The notes under the pieces are model-generated. The model was not told the DNA's origin. It saw nothing but the letters and a program-made list of their open reading frames with translations, and ran no database searches. The position numbers and the translations under genes are program-made. DNA of 64,000 bases, taken from NCBI GenBank assembly GCA_039680175.1, contig JBDKTO010000117.1:47278-111277 (forward strand). Reading direction: 5' to 3'. Below, one piece after another: positions 47,255 to 57,243 of the stretch. The stretch is from Veillonellales bacterium (lineage in GTDB: Bacteria > Bacillota > Negativicutes > JAAYSF01). Within the stretch, counting starts at the first letter, position 1, and the number at the start of each line of letters is the position of its first letter.

Positions 47255-47515
47255 CTAGCGGCTTGTCTTATCTTTTGTGTCCAGTTGTTCCAGGGCCTGG
47301 GCTAGCTGATCCGGGCAGGACGTGTCCTTTAGACCGCAGCAAATGCCTCGCAGCCGTTTGATGACTTCCGGGACAGGCATGCCTTCCACTAGTCGGCTGA
47401 TGCCCTGTAAATTACCGGGGCAGCCGGAAATAAAGGTCACGTTTTTGACCATTCCGTTGTCAATTTCGAATTTGATTTCTTTGGAGCAAACGCCGGAAGT
47501 CGTGTAATGATTCAT
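47255..47515 (-). CDS. TSCPD-domain small protein (TIGR03905-like)
   Basis: 86 aa with the cysteine pairs CxxC...TSCPD (GICCGLKDTSCPDQLAQAL). Confidence 0.6.
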   Translation of the reverse strand: MNHYTTSGVCSKEIKFEIDNGMVKNVTFISGCPGNLQGISRLVEGMPVPEVIKRLRGICCGLKDTSCPDQLAQALEQLDTKDKTSR

Positions 47516-47849
47516 GTTGGGTTATCCTTTCTTGAGGTAAATGGAAAACTTTATTACTATTCGACAATCTTTGCATTTTTCCTGTTGGCACGGGCGGGAA
47601 GGGAGACAGACGGACACACCCCGCCCTTCGTGCCATTCCCCTCTTTTTAGAGGGGAATGGCACGACTTGAATCCTGGATTCCCGGAAATACATAACGAGG
47701 TGGCTTCAACCCCTTGTCATTGCTAAAAACTGGCATCGTTATGTATTTTTTACTCATAACGATGTACTTGCTATATCAAAATACCGGAAAGTCTTGACTT
47801 TGCCGAACATTTTAGAAAACTTCGATATGAGTAAGCGGGAATCCAGGTT

Positions 47850-47948
47850 GAATCCCCTCTAGAAAGATAGATGAGACTCGAAACCGCGCCTTTCGGTTTC
47901 GTTAGTCGAATTATACAGAGTGGGGGTGGCGCGTAGCGACGGGGTGTG
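47850..47948 (-). repeat. MITE-like composite repeat (inverted orientation relative to the 14245 copy)
   Basis: cccctctagaaagatagatgagactcgaaaccgcgcctttcggtttcgttagtcgaattatacagagtgggggtggcgcgtagcgacggggtgtgt. Confidence 0.55.
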
Positions 47949-48049
47949 TAAATCTCTGCCCGCTTTGCAGGATTTACGTCTGCCTTTTACGAATAATGGA
48001 ATGATAACAAGCGCCGCTCTTGGTGGTGGTTGTAAAGGAGTGGCAGTGA

Positions 48050-50206
48050 ATGGAACGGTTAGAAGGAACGGTGGAAACAATTACCTTTCAAAACGAAGAC
48101 GGCAGTTTTACGGTTTTTAAACTGAAGCCTTCGCAAGAATGCGGCCCGGTGGCGGTAGTGGGCAATATGCCGGCGCCGCTGGTGGGGGAGCAGCTGGAGT
48201 TAAACGGCGACTGGGTAGAGCACGCCCGCTTCGGCCGGCAGTTTAAGGCTGTATCCTGCCGGCGGATTGCTCCCACCAGCCTGAAAGGCATCGAGCGATT
48301 TTTAGCTTCCGGGATTATCAAAGGAATTGGGCCGGCGACAGCCGCCCGGCTGGTCAGGCATTTTGGCCAGGAAACCCTGGAGGTTATTGAATATAAACCG
48401 CACCGGCTGGCGGAAGTAGACGGGATCGGCACGAAAAAAGCGGATATAATCCACCGATCCTACAGTGAGCATGCCGAAATGCGGGAAGTGATGCTGTTTT
48501 TGGAAGCCCACGGCGTTACCGGCGCTTACGCCGCTAAAATTTTTGCCCAATACGGTTCTATGGCCATTGAGGTGCTGCAGCAAAATCCTTATCGTCTGGC
48601 AGAGGAAGTCAACGGTATCGGGTTTCGGACTGCAGATCAAATTGCTTTATCTTTGGGGATGGATCGCAATCGCAACGAACGGATTGTCGCCGGAATTGAT
48701 TTTGCACTGCTCAATATTGCCCAGGCCGGCCACTGCTGTGTACCGGAGGATATATTGGTGCAGGAAGCGGCAAAACTGCTGCTGGCAGACCGGCTGGAAG
48801 TCGCCCGTCACGTATCGGAACTTTTGAAGGCGAATCAGTTGTTTGTGGAAGACTGCCACGGCATGACACTGATCTATCCCCGCTATTTATATTATGCGGA
48901 GAAACAGGTGGCAGAGCGCTTGCTGCGTTTAAAAGACCGGGCCAAGGCGGCAAAGGACAGTGATTTTGATACCATTGTGGCAGCCTGGGAGGCAACAGCC
49001 GGTATCACTTTGGCGGCTGCTCAGCATCAGGCTATGGTTTCCGCCCTGACGCATGGCGTTCTGGCTCTTACCGGCGGACCGGGAACCGGAAAAACGACGG
49101 TCGTCAAGGGAATATTGGCGGTACTGGAACAGCAGGGCTTCAAGATTCTCCTGGGGGCGCCAACCGGCCGGGCGGCGAAACGGTTAAGCGAGGCCACCGG
49201 GCGGGAAGCAGTGACGATTCACCGTCTGCTGGAATCTACCGGCGGGGTGGAAGGGGCTCCGGTATTTCTCCGCAACGAAGAGGAGCCGCTGGATGCCGAT
49301 GTGGTCATCGTTGACGAAGTGTCGATGATGGATATTGTATTGATGAATTATTTCTTGCGGGCGGTGCCTGACGGCTGCCGGGTGGTGCTGGTGGGAGATG
49401 TGGATCAGCTGCCGGCAGTGGGTCCGGGATCGGTGTTGAAAGATATTCTGCGGTCGGAAACGGTGCCTGTGGTACGGCTTACGGAAGTGTTCCGCCAAGC
49501 GGGAGAGAGCATGATCGTCGTCAATGCTCACCGCATCAATCGGGGAATGCAGCCGGACTGCAGCAGCAGCTTGGACTTTCAGTTCCGGGAAATCAGTTCC
49601 AGCGAAGAAGTGGCCCGGGCGATTGTAAGGCTGTGCAAGGACGAATTGGCGGAAGAGGGATTTGATGCTTGGCGGGATGTCCAGGTGCTGTCGCCTATGC
49701 ACCGGCTGGACTGCGGCGTGGAAAACCTGAACAAATTGCTGCAGCAGGCGTTGAATCCGGCTGTTGAGGGAAAAGCAGCCGTCAGCGGAACCGGTCAGAC
49801 ATTGCGGGAAGGCGATAAGGTGATGCAGATCCGCAACAATTATAGCAAAGGCGTGTTTAACGGCGATATCGGCTTTATTTACCGGATTGATGAAGGCGTG
49901 GTAGTGGTACGTTATCCTGACAATGATGTGCCCTATGAAAAAAAGGAACTGGACGAACTGCATCTGGCCTATGCCATGAGTGTCCACAAAAGTCAGGGCA
50001 GCGAGTATTCCGTAGTGGTCATGCCCCTGATTCCCGGTCATCATATAATGCTGCAGCGGAATCTCTTGTATACGGCGGTAACCAGAGCCAAAGAACGGGT
50101 GGTACTGTTGGGTACAAAAGCGGCGCTGAATACTGCTCTTGCCAACGACCGGACCCGGAGACGCTACTCTCTCCTGGCCGACCGCCTGCGGGGAGAGTGG
50201 CTGTAG
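48050..50206 (+). CDS. recD2: RecD2-type SF1B ATP-dependent DNA helicase
   Basis: 718 aa. N-terminal OB/HhH region, Walker A LTGGPGTGKTT, Walker B VVIVDEVSMMD, and C-terminal SH3-like and helicase motifs (YAMSVHKSQGSE). Confidence 0.85.
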   Translation: MERLEGTVETITFQNEDGSFTVFKLKPSQECGPVAVVGNMPAPLVGEQLELNGDWVEHARFGRQFKAVSCRRIAPTSLKGIERFLASGIIKGIGPATAARLVRHFGQETLEVIEYKPHRLAEVDGIGTKKADIIHRSYSEHAEMREVMLFLEAHGVTGAYAAKIFAQYGSMAIEVLQQNPYRLAEEVNGIGFRTADQIALSLGMDRNRNERIVAGIDFALLNIAQAGHCCVPEDILVQEAAKLLLADRLEVARHVSELLKANQLFVEDCHGMTLIYPRYLYYAEKQVAERLLRLKDRAKAAKDSDFDTIVAAWEATAGITLAAAQHQAMVSALTHGVLALTGGPGTGKTTVVKGILAVLEQQGFKILLGAPTGRAAKRLSEATGREAVTIHRLLESTGGVEGAPVFLRNEEEPLDADVVIVDEVSMMDIVLMNYFLRAVPDGCRVVLVGDVDQLPAVGPGSVLKDILRSETVPVVRLTEVFRQAGESMIVVNAHRINRGMQPDCSSSLDFQFREISSSEEVARAIVRLCKDELAEEGFDAWRDVQVLSPMHRLDCGVENLNKLLQQALNPAVEGKAAVSGTGQTLREGDKVMQIRNNYSKGVFNGDIGFIYRIDEGVVVVRYPDNDVPYEKKELDELHLAYAMSVHKSQGSEYSVVVMPLIPGHHIMLQRNLLYTAVTRAKERVVLLGTKAALNTALANDRTRRRYSLLADRLRGEWL

Positions 50207-50212
50207 GGAAAG

Positions 50213-50460
50213 GGCGGGGGACGTAACACACCCCGCCCTACGGGAACCCCCACTCTGTATAATTCGACTTACGAAACCGAAAGGCGCGGGTTCGAGTCTC
50301 ATCTATCTTTCTAGAGGGGACTACACCCCCTCTACACTGTATAGTTCGACTGACGAAACCGAAGTGCGTAATTTGGAGTTTTATTTATCTTTCTAAGGGG
50401 AATAGGCAGGGGGATAAATCCCCTCTAAAAAGAGGGGTGGCGCGAAGCGACGGGGTGTGT
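50213..50460 (+). repeat. Tandem/nested copies of the MITE-like composite repeat
   Basis: Two consecutive ..cactctgtataattcgact.acgaaacc...tctatctttcta..gggga units, then the cccctctaaaaagaggggtggcgcgaagcgacggggtgtgt end. Confidence 0.55.
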
Positions 50461-50541
50461 AAAATGTCTATCTACTATAATCGTGTGCCGGTACGTGGTT
50501 GTGCGTGAGAGCGCGGGAACGAACAAGAAGGGGGGCTCGCG

Positions 50542-51201
50542 GTGCTTAATCAATGGTGGGGGGCATTGCTGGATTTGGTATATCCGCCGAAATGTCCGGT
50601 GTGCCGCAGCAGGGTGGACTGCCATGGGGCGTGGTGCCAGAAGTGTATGACCGGTATTATTGCGCCGCGGGAGATTAATCTGCTGATTCATCATCTGGGG
50701 GCGCTGGACGGCTGTCAGGCGGTGTGCGCATATACCGGCGGAATCAAGCGGCTGATCCATGACATGAAGTTTCGTCATGCCGGAAACCGTGCCGTCTATC
50801 TGACCTGGTTATTGGAACAGAGCGGCGGCTGGCAGCTGCCGAAGGAGATTGAACTGGTAATACCGGTGCCGCTGCATGACAAACGTTTAAACGAACGCGG
50901 GTTTAATCAAACAGAACGCATCTTTCGAAATTGGGTCAGACAAAAGAATTTATTGTGGCTTGACAACTGCCTGATTCGACAAAGAGCGACGATGCCGCAA
51001 TGGCAGCTTAACCTGGCCGCCCGCCGGGCTAATATAAAAGGCGCGTTTTCAGTAACGTGCCCGGAGTGTGTTCAGGGAAAACATATTTTATTAGTGGATG
51101 ATATTGTGACAACAGGCATTACCATGAACGAATGCGCCCGAGTGCTGAAGCGGGCCGGCGCCGTTCAGGTCCGGGCTCTGGCTTTGGCCAGCGGGGCTTG
51201 A
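50542..51201 (+). CDS. comFC: ComF family protein (ComFC-like phosphoribosyltransferase-fold competence protein)
   Basis: N-terminal zinc-finger CPVCRSRVDCHGAWCQKC and a C-terminal PRTase motif ILLVDDIVTTGITMNE. 219 aa. Confidence 0.8.
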   Translation: MLNQWWGALLDLVYPPKCPVCRSRVDCHGAWCQKCMTGIIAPREINLLIHHLGALDGCQAVCAYTGGIKRLIHDMKFRHAGNRAVYLTWLLEQSGGWQLPKEIELVIPVPLHDKRLNERGFNQTERIFRNWVRQKNLLWLDNCLIRQRATMPQWQLNLAARRANIKGAFSVTCPECVQGKHILLVDDIVTTGITMNECARVLKRAGAVQVRALALASGA

Positions 51202-51297
51202 TAAAAAAATTTTAAAAAGTAAAAAGAACACTTGTTCTATACGAGAGCTTATGATATAATTATTTTAAAGACAACCCATTCTTGATAAAGGGGTGTA

Positions 51298-51792
51298 TTG
51301 CGGATGACGGATGAGAACGTAAAACTTATTTTAGAAAAACTGGATTTTATTGCTGCCGATGTATCCGGATTGAAGACCGACGTATTGGAACTGAAAATGG
51401 ATGTATCCGGATTGAAGAATGACGTATCGGAGCTGAAAACGGATGTATCCGGATTGAAGAGTGATGTATCGGAGCTGAAAACGGATGTATCCGGATTGAA
51501 GAGTGACGTATCGGAGCTGAAAACGGACGTATCCGGATTAAAGACTGATGTATCCGGATTGAAAGGAGATATTTTAGGCCTCAAAGAGGATGTCGTGAGG
51601 CTGGATGGAAAAATTGATCATTTTGTCGCCGAACAGCAAAAAGATGTTGTGGTTTTGCTGAATATTATGAACACAAAACTGGATAAACAGTCCGAAATAT
51701 TAAAGATACTTTCCACCCGTTCCATAGAACAGGAAGCGGATATTGCTCTTTTAAAAAAGTTTAAAGAAAAGCTAAAAACAGAATGCGCTTAG
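51298..51792 (+). CDS. Tandem-heptad-repeat protein (DVSGLKT/DVSELKT x ~11). Hypothetical.
   Basis: 164 aa. Nucleotides 51355-51590 are near-perfect 21/42-nt tandem repeats. The opposite-strand ORF 51249..51584 is a shadow of the same repeats. The C-terminal LDGKIDHF..LKK tail resembles that of ORF 53118..53516. Confidence 0.5.
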   Translation: MRMTDENVKLILEKLDFIAADVSGLKTDVLELKMDVSGLKNDVSELKTDVSGLKSDVSELKTDVSGLKSDVSELKTDVSGLKTDVSGLKGDILGLKEDVVRLDGKIDHFVAEQQKDVVVLLNIMNTKLDKQSEILKILSTRSIEQEADIALLKKFKEKLKTECA

Positions 51793-51821
51793 CTGCATTC
51801 TGTTTTTATATGATGAAAATA

Positions 51822-52433
51822 TTAGCCTAACGCTTCAATAAACGCTTTGACCACATCCTGGTCAAAAGCCGTTCCTGACAGGCTTAAGAGTTCCCGTTCC
51901 GCTTCTTCCTTGGTTTTTACCCAGTGCTCGGTACAAGGATTGATATAGCGGTCATAGTGGTTGACGACAGAAATAATACGAGCGCCAAGGGGAATGTTTA
52001 CTCCTTTAAGTCGTTTTGGATAGCCCTTGCCGTCCCAGCGTTCGTGGTGATAACGGATATAGGGAATGATTTCCTGGCAGGAAGCGATATTTTCCAGCAT
52101 GCAGCTGCCTGCGTTGCAATGGTTTTTATATACGCTCTTTTCCCGGGTGGAGAAGTAGGGGATTTTCGCCAGTACGGCATTCGGTACGGTAAGATGGCCG
52201 ACATCGTGAAGCAGGGCACCTACCCGGATCCGTTCAATTTCGCTCCGGGGAAGACGCATTTTAGCAGCAACACTCACAGCATAATTTGCAACCTGCTGGC
52301 TGTGCAAGTGCAATTTTGAATTTTTCAATTCAATCAGGTGCATAAGAGTGGCGATTACATTGTTCAACGTTTCGGTTTCACTGGTATAAGCTTCAGGATC
52401 TTGCATAAGTGTCAGCATAGACATGACCAACAA
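51822..52433 (-). CDS. HD-GYP domain phosphohydrolase (putative c-di-GMP phosphodiesterase)
   Basis: HD motif (GALLHDVGH) and the HD-GYP signature HHERWDGKGYP. 203 aa. Confidence 0.8.
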   Translation of the reverse strand: MLVMSMLTLMQDPEAYTSETETLNNVIATLMHLIELKNSKLHLHSQQVANYAVSVAAKMRLPRSEIERIRVGALLHDVGHLTVPNAVLAKIPYFSTREKSVYKNHCNAGSCMLENIASCQEIIPYIRYHHERWDGKGYPKRLKGVNIPLGARIISVVNHYDRYINPCTEHWVKTKEEAERELLSLSGTAFDQDVVKAFIEALG

Positions 52434-52578
52434 ACGCCTTTCGTCATAAAATCACGTATTATTTAAGGTTAGCCATAAAACAACATAATCCTGCCGGGAG
52501 ATTAAAAAAATATATATTTTCCCTAAAAGACAACAAAAATTCTGGCAATTAGTCGGACAATATTAGTATAATAGAGAT

Positions 52579-52632
52579 GGGCTGTGGGCTGTGGGCTGTG
52601 GGCTGTGGGCCAAGTGCCAAGTGCCAATCGCC
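52579..52632. repeat. Heptanucleotide tandem repeats (GGGCTGT)x4 followed by (GCCAAGT)x2-3
   Basis: gggctgtgggctgtgggctgtgggctgtgggccaagtgccaagtgccaatcgcc, directly upstream of the yvyF-like gene. Confidence 0.7.
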
Positions 52633-52661
52633 AATATTACTTCACACGGGAGGAATTCATC

Positions 52662-53066
52662 ATGGGTTTGAAAAATTGTCCGGAATGCGGCCGGTTGTTT
52701 GTTGATAATCTTACGGGAATGTGTATTGATTGCTATAAACAGGTGGAAGAGGATGAGTTAACGGTAGCGAATTATCTGCGGGAAGTGCGGAAAGCATCCC
52801 TGGAGCAAATCCATGAGGCCACTGGTGTAAAGGAAAAAATCATTTTGCGGATGATCAGACGGGGCCGCATTACCAGCGATTTCTACGTTACCTATCCCTG
52901 CGAAACCTGCGGTGCTCCCATCCATGAAGGTCGGGTATGTCCGGCTTGCAGCAAGAATATTCTGGATCAGGTACACGCTGACAAGGAAAAACCGCCACAG
53001 AAGAACAAACTGAATACATTGAATGCGGAACGGATGTACCAGGAGAGAGTGCGGAATAAAAATTAG
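52662..53066 (+). CDS. Flagellar operon zinc-ribbon protein (YvyF/TIGR03826-like)
   Basis: Two CxxC pairs (CPECG...CIDC and CETCG...CPAC). ~135 aa from the internal Met. Position upstream of flgM matches Bacillus yvyF. Confidence 0.55.
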   Translation: MGLKNCPECGRLFVDNLTGMCIDCYKQVEEDELTVANYLREVRKASLEQIHEATGVKEKIILRMIRRGRITSDFYVTYPCETCGAPIHEGRVCPACSKNILDQVHADKEKPPQKNKLNTLNAERMYQERVRNKN

Positions 53067-53117
53067 CTTTGGCACTGGGGCGAAAAAAGAACAAGCGCAA
53101 AAGGAGGGAGTGGGGCT

Positions 53118-53516
53118 GTGGAAGAATTGCTAAAACAGCTCATTGCAGGGCAAAAGCAAATTTTAGGGCGGATGGACCACATTGAAAAAGAGCAAATTGA
53201 TGTAAAACAGGCAGTCGTTCGTCTTGAAAAAGAGCAAACCGATACAAAACAGGCAGTCGTTCGTATTGAGAAAGAGCAGAGCGATACAAAACAGGCAATG
53301 GCCCGTATGGAAAAAGAGCAAGCTGATATAAAACAGGCAGTCGTTCGCATGGAAAATCAGCATGGTGAAAAATTAGCGGCGCTTTATGATGCCCGCGAAG
53401 TCCAATTGGACGTCAATGAGCGAATTTTTGACAGCCTAAACCGGATTGAAGGAAAAATAGACCGGATTTCTCTAAAGGTATCATCCCACGAAACCTTGCT
53501 CAAAAAAGTAAAATAA
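53118..53516 (+). CDS. Tandem-repeat coiled-coil protein (EKEQxDxKQAVVR x4). Hypothetical.
   Basis: 132 aa with 39-nt tandem repeats. GTG start. The opposite-strand ORFs (53063..53350, 53163..53363) are repeat shadows. Confidence 0.45.
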   Translation: MEELLKQLIAGQKQILGRMDHIEKEQIDVKQAVVRLEKEQTDTKQAVVRIEKEQSDTKQAMARMEKEQADIKQAVVRMENQHGEKLAALYDAREVQLDVNERIFDSLNRIEGKIDRISLKVSSHETLLKKVK

Positions 53517-53667
53517 CCAAAACGGCAGATAAAATACTGAGCAAATCCGCTGAAAATACCGCTGAAAATAAAAATTTTAAAAATATTTCATGGCAGGGGT
53601 TAATATCCCTGCCATTTTTGTCGATAGTAATAACAGAGAAGTATCTGAAGTGCGCGAGGTGTTTAAA

Positions 53668-53961
53668 ATGAATGTGAACCAAATTAAAAATGTCATGAAA
53701 GTGTATGGCGAACAAACTAAAACGGCGAAAACCGCAGGCACGGGAAAAACAAGTCCAACCCAGAAAAAAGACGAAGTCATTCTGTCTCCCCAGGCTCAGG
53801 AATTCGGTCAGGTTCTGCAGTCGATTAAAGGCTTGCCTGATGTGCGGGAAGCGAAAGTAGCGGAACTCAGCCAAAAAATTAGTGACAATACCTATCAGAT
53901 TCCTGCTAAAGACGTCGCCGAAAAAATGATCAGCCAGGTAAAAGCGGATCGCAATCGTTAG
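53668..53961 (+). CDS. flgM: Anti-sigma-28 factor FlgM
   Basis: 97 aa from the internal Met. The C-terminal VREAKVAELSQKISDNTYQIPAKDVAEKM matches the FlgM sigma-28-binding helix. Confidence 0.75.
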   Translation: MNVNQIKNVMKVYGEQTKTAKTAGTGKTSPTQKKDEVILSPQAQEFGQVLQSIKGLPDVREAKVAELSQKISDNTYQIPAKDVAEKMISQVKADRNR

Positions 53962-53972
53962 GAGAGGCCAAT

Positions 53973-54473
53973 GTGAAAGAAATATGGACAAAATTGCAAA
54001 ACGTATTAAATGAGATGCTGGAATTCTATCAGACTCTTTTAGCCGTCAGCCGAAAAAAAAGAGCTGTTTTGGTATCCGGTAAAGCCAGGGAACTGGAAGC
54101 CGTCACGAAGGAAGAAGAAATTCTTATCCTTCAGGCCGGGAAACTGGAAAGCCGGAGAGAAAAAATCATTGTGGAAATTGCTGTCGGCTATGGATTAAAT
54201 ACGGAAGAAATTACTTTTGCCAAGATTAAGGAACTTGCCGATGAAACTGACGCGGCTCAGCTGGAACAGCTGGCAAAAAGTCTGGAAGCGGTCGTCGCTG
54301 AAATCAAGCAGCTCAATCAGGTGAACACCAAATTGATTCAGCAGTCGCTGCGGTTTATTCAATATAATATCAACATTTTGACCCAAAACACCTCAGGCCC
54401 AACCTATGAGCCTCAGGGCAAGACAACAGAACAGACAGGCCAAGGACGGAACCTGTTTGACAGGAAAGCCTAA
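53973..54473 (+). CDS. flgN: FlgN-family flagellar export chaperone
   Basis: 166 aa helical protein between flgM and flgK. GTG start with an aggagagg RBS. Confidence 0.65.
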   Translation: MKEIWTKLQNVLNEMLEFYQTLLAVSRKKRAVLVSGKARELEAVTKEEEILILQAGKLESRREKIIVEIAVGYGLNTEEITFAKIKELADETDAAQLEQLAKSLEAVVAEIKQLNQVNTKLIQQSLRFIQYNINILTQNTSGPTYEPQGKTTEQTGQGRNLFDRKA

Positions 54474-54496
54474 ATACAAATGGAGTTGAGAAAACA

Positions 54497-56305
54497 ATGA
54501 GTTCAACCTTCGGCGGTTTGAATACCGCAATGCTTGGTTTATACGCCCAGCGGGCATCCTTAAATACAGTCGGGCACAATGTTGCGAATTCCAGTACCGA
54601 CGGCTATTCCCGGCAAAGCGTGAATTTGACGGCGATCAGCGGCCCGGATATTTACGGAAGCGGTGGAACGTACCAGACCGGAGGCGGCGTTACCGTTACC
54701 TCGGTTACCAGGGCACGGGATTTTTATATCGACCGGCAGATGTGGCAGGAATCTTCCACATTAAGCTATAGTCAGTCCAAGCAGAGTTCCCTGGAGAAAA
54801 TTCAGGACGTTTTCAGCGAACCTTCCACTACCGGTGTGCAATCTGTTTTAAATAAATTCTGGAGCTCCTGGCAGTCGCTGGCCACGAACGCTTCCGATTC
54901 CGGCACCCGGATGGAAGTGCGGGAACAGGGCGCGGCGCTGGTTAATGCCATTAAACAGGCTGATCAGAAATTGACCGATATGGTCGGCGATATCAACTTC
55001 CAAATTGATACGAAAGTTGACACGATGAATCAGATTTCTTCTGGGATCTACAGCTTGAATAAACAGATATCCAATATTGAACTTGGCGGCGCTGATCATG
55101 CCAATGACCTGCGGGATCAGCGGGATTTGCTGGTGGATCAATTATCGGCAATCACTAGTGTCTCGGTCAATGAAGATCAATACGGCAATTACAAAATCAG
55201 AGCCGGCAACGTGGAATTGGTAAGCAGTACAGGTTATACCAAGCTGGCTACGACTTCGGACGATTCTGATCCCACCTATGGATATCAGACGAAAAATGTA
55301 GTCGTTGCCGGAGATACGCCCAAGCCGGTAACCTTCACCGACGGAGCAATCAGAGCTCTGGTGGATTCCCGGGACTCTACGACGACCGGTGTAAAGGCGT
55401 ACATGAACCAACTGGACAATATCAGCAAATTTTTGCTCCAGGATTTTAATACCGTTCACCAAGCGGGATATGGAGCGGATAATCAGAGCGGACGAAATTT
55501 CTTCGGCAAGGACAGTGGGACTAACTATATCACCTCACCAGTGGCTGACGGCAAATGGGTGAATGAATTAAAGGTCAACCCGGATTTGTATGATCCCGCC
55601 GGCGGCCTTGATAAAATCGCTGCAAAGACCGCTATTAATGCGATTGCTGTTACCCAAAGCAACCAAACCGGCAGCGGCGCGGCTACTGTGAAGACAACCG
55701 GGACGTATACGGGGGGAACCACGGCAACGCCTGTCACAGTAAAAATTATGTCCACGGATATTTCCAATAATGTAACCGGAATTCAGTATTCCACCGATAA
55801 CGGGAAGACATGGAGTGCTACTATTGGTAATAATGGCAATGCCGGCTCGTTTACGATACCGGCACCGCCGGCGACAACCATCAATGGGTTAACCGTTACA
55901 GTGGACATAGCGGCTAACGCCAAAAATGCAGCAAATGATACCTATACCTTTTCTTTATCCAGCGGCAACAACGCCAGCGGCGATAACGCGCTGAAGCTGT
56001 CCAACCGGCTGACAAGCGATCCGTCTGTCACGCTGGGGAATGCCTCTTTAGCTGATTACTATTCTTCCAATATTGGGGCATTGGGCATCAACACCCAGGA
56101 TGTTCAGCGGCAGACGGCCAATCAGCAAACTCAGGTCGATCAGATTACCAACTGGCGGGAACAGGATTCCGGGGTTAACATGGATGAAGAAATGGCCAAC
56201 ATGATCCGCTTTCAACAAGGCTACAATTCGGCCGCCAGAATTTTGACGACCATGGATGAAATGTTGGATAAATTAATTAACGGTACCGGCACTGTCGGCC
56301 GATAG
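54497..56305 (+). CDS. flgK: Flagellar hook-associated protein 1 (FlgK)
   Basis: N-terminal FGGLNTAMLGLYAQRASLNTVGHNVANSSTDGYSRQ and C-terminal QQGYNSAARILTTMDEMLDKLIN are canonical FlgK termini. 602 aa. Confidence 0.9.
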   Translation: MSSTFGGLNTAMLGLYAQRASLNTVGHNVANSSTDGYSRQSVNLTAISGPDIYGSGGTYQTGGGVTVTSVTRARDFYIDRQMWQESSTLSYSQSKQSSLEKIQDVFSEPSTTGVQSVLNKFWSSWQSLATNASDSGTRMEVREQGAALVNAIKQADQKLTDMVGDINFQIDTKVDTMNQISSGIYSLNKQISNIELGGADHANDLRDQRDLLVDQLSAITSVSVNEDQYGNYKIRAGNVELVSSTGYTKLATTSDDSDPTYGYQTKNVVVAGDTPKPVTFTDGAIRALVDSRDSTTTGVKAYMNQLDNISKFLLQDFNTVHQAGYGADNQSGRNFFGKDSGTNYITSPVADGKWVNELKVNPDLYDPAGGLDKIAAKTAINAIAVTQSNQTGSGAATVKTTGTYTGGTTATPVTVKIMSTDISNNVTGIQYSTDNGKTWSATIGNNGNAGSFTIPAPPATTINGLTVTVDIAANAKNAANDTYTFSLSSGNNASGDNALKLSNRLTSDPSVTLGNASLADYYSSNIGALGINTQDVQRQTANQQTQVDQITNWREQDSGVNMDEEMANMIRFQQGYNSAARILTTMDEMLDKLINGTGTVGR

Positions 56306-56318
56306 GAGGTAAGCGGAT

Positions 56319-57242
56319 ATGCGGATAACGAATCATATGATGACCTACAATTATTTGAGCAGTCTCAATAAATCCCTGGAACGGCAGAACTCTCTCACGG
56401 AAAAGCTGTCGGACGGCCTGGAAATTCACCGTCCTTCGGATGATCCCGTTAAAGTTGTGCGGAGCTTAAAGTTTCACAGCAGTCTGAACGCGAATGACCA
56501 GTATATCCAGAATGCGAAGGACGCTCAGTCCTGGATGACCATGAGTGATAATTCCATGCAGGATTTGAGTTCCATCATGACGGAAATTAAAGGAAAAGTT
56601 GTTGAAGCCAGCAACTCCAATCCCCAGGATGCGCTTCAAGCAATCGGGGCTTCCGTTGATAATATGATCAATCAAATGGTCAATATTGGCAATACTAAAA
56701 TCGGCGAACGCTATATTTTTGCCGGGCAGAACGATCAAACAGCGCCTTTTGTCCGCAATGGCGACGTGATTACCTATAGCGGCGACGACACCAAGATTTC
56801 CATGCCGATTCAGCCCGGTGTAGCCACTCCCACTCAGGACAGCATCAACTTGACCGGGCAGGAGGTGTTTGGCGCCGCCGATCCGGTAACCGGAACGCCA
56901 AAAATTCTGCAGGATTTAATTGATATCAAAAATCATTTGATGTCAGGGACTACGGGAGATCAGAAATGGCTTTCGGACACGGGGCTGGATAATCTGGCTA
57001 AGGATCAGTCCCAGATGCTGCAATCCCATACCGCTCTTGGCACCCGGATGGCTACCTATAACATGGCCCAGGATATGCTGGACGGTAACAATACAATCAT
57101 TAGCCAGCAAGTAGCCGGCAATGAGGGACTGGATGTTCCGAAAGCGATTACCGATTACAAAACTAACGAAAGCGTCTATAAAATGGCACTGCAAATCGGC
57201 GCCAATATCTTGCCGCTATCTCTGGCGGACTTCTTAAAGTAA
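56319..57242 (+). CDS. flgL: Flagellar hook-associated protein 3 (FlgL)
   Basis: N-terminal MRITNHMM...LSSLNKSLERQNSLTEKLSDG and C-terminal flagellin-like helices. 307 aa. Confidence 0.85.
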   Translation: MRITNHMMTYNYLSSLNKSLERQNSLTEKLSDGLEIHRPSDDPVKVVRSLKFHSSLNANDQYIQNAKDAQSWMTMSDNSMQDLSSIMTEIKGKVVEASNSNPQDALQAIGASVDNMINQMVNIGNTKIGERYIFAGQNDQTAPFVRNGDVITYSGDDTKISMPIQPGVATPTQDSINLTGQEVFGAADPVTGTPKILQDLIDIKNHLMSGTTGDQKWLSDTGLDNLAKDQSQMLQSHTALGTRMATYNMAQDMLDGNNTIISQQVAGNEGLDVPKAITDYKTNESVYKMALQIGANILPLSLADFLK

Positions 57243-57243
57243 G

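Noticed and set aside
51249-51584. 111-aa minus-strand ORF with NPDTSVF repeats
   Set aside because: It is the reverse-complement translation of the tandem 21-nt repeats of the plus-strand DVSGLKT protein. The plus-strand ORF is longer, has an RBS and a non-repeat C-terminal tail.
53577-53991. Alternative longer FlgM start at 53590, and antisense ORFs 53500..53991 and 53577..53780
   Set aside because: The 26-aa N-terminal extension has no counterpart in FlgM proteins. The internal Met at 53668 gives the usual ~97-aa FlgM. The antisense ORFs are shadows.
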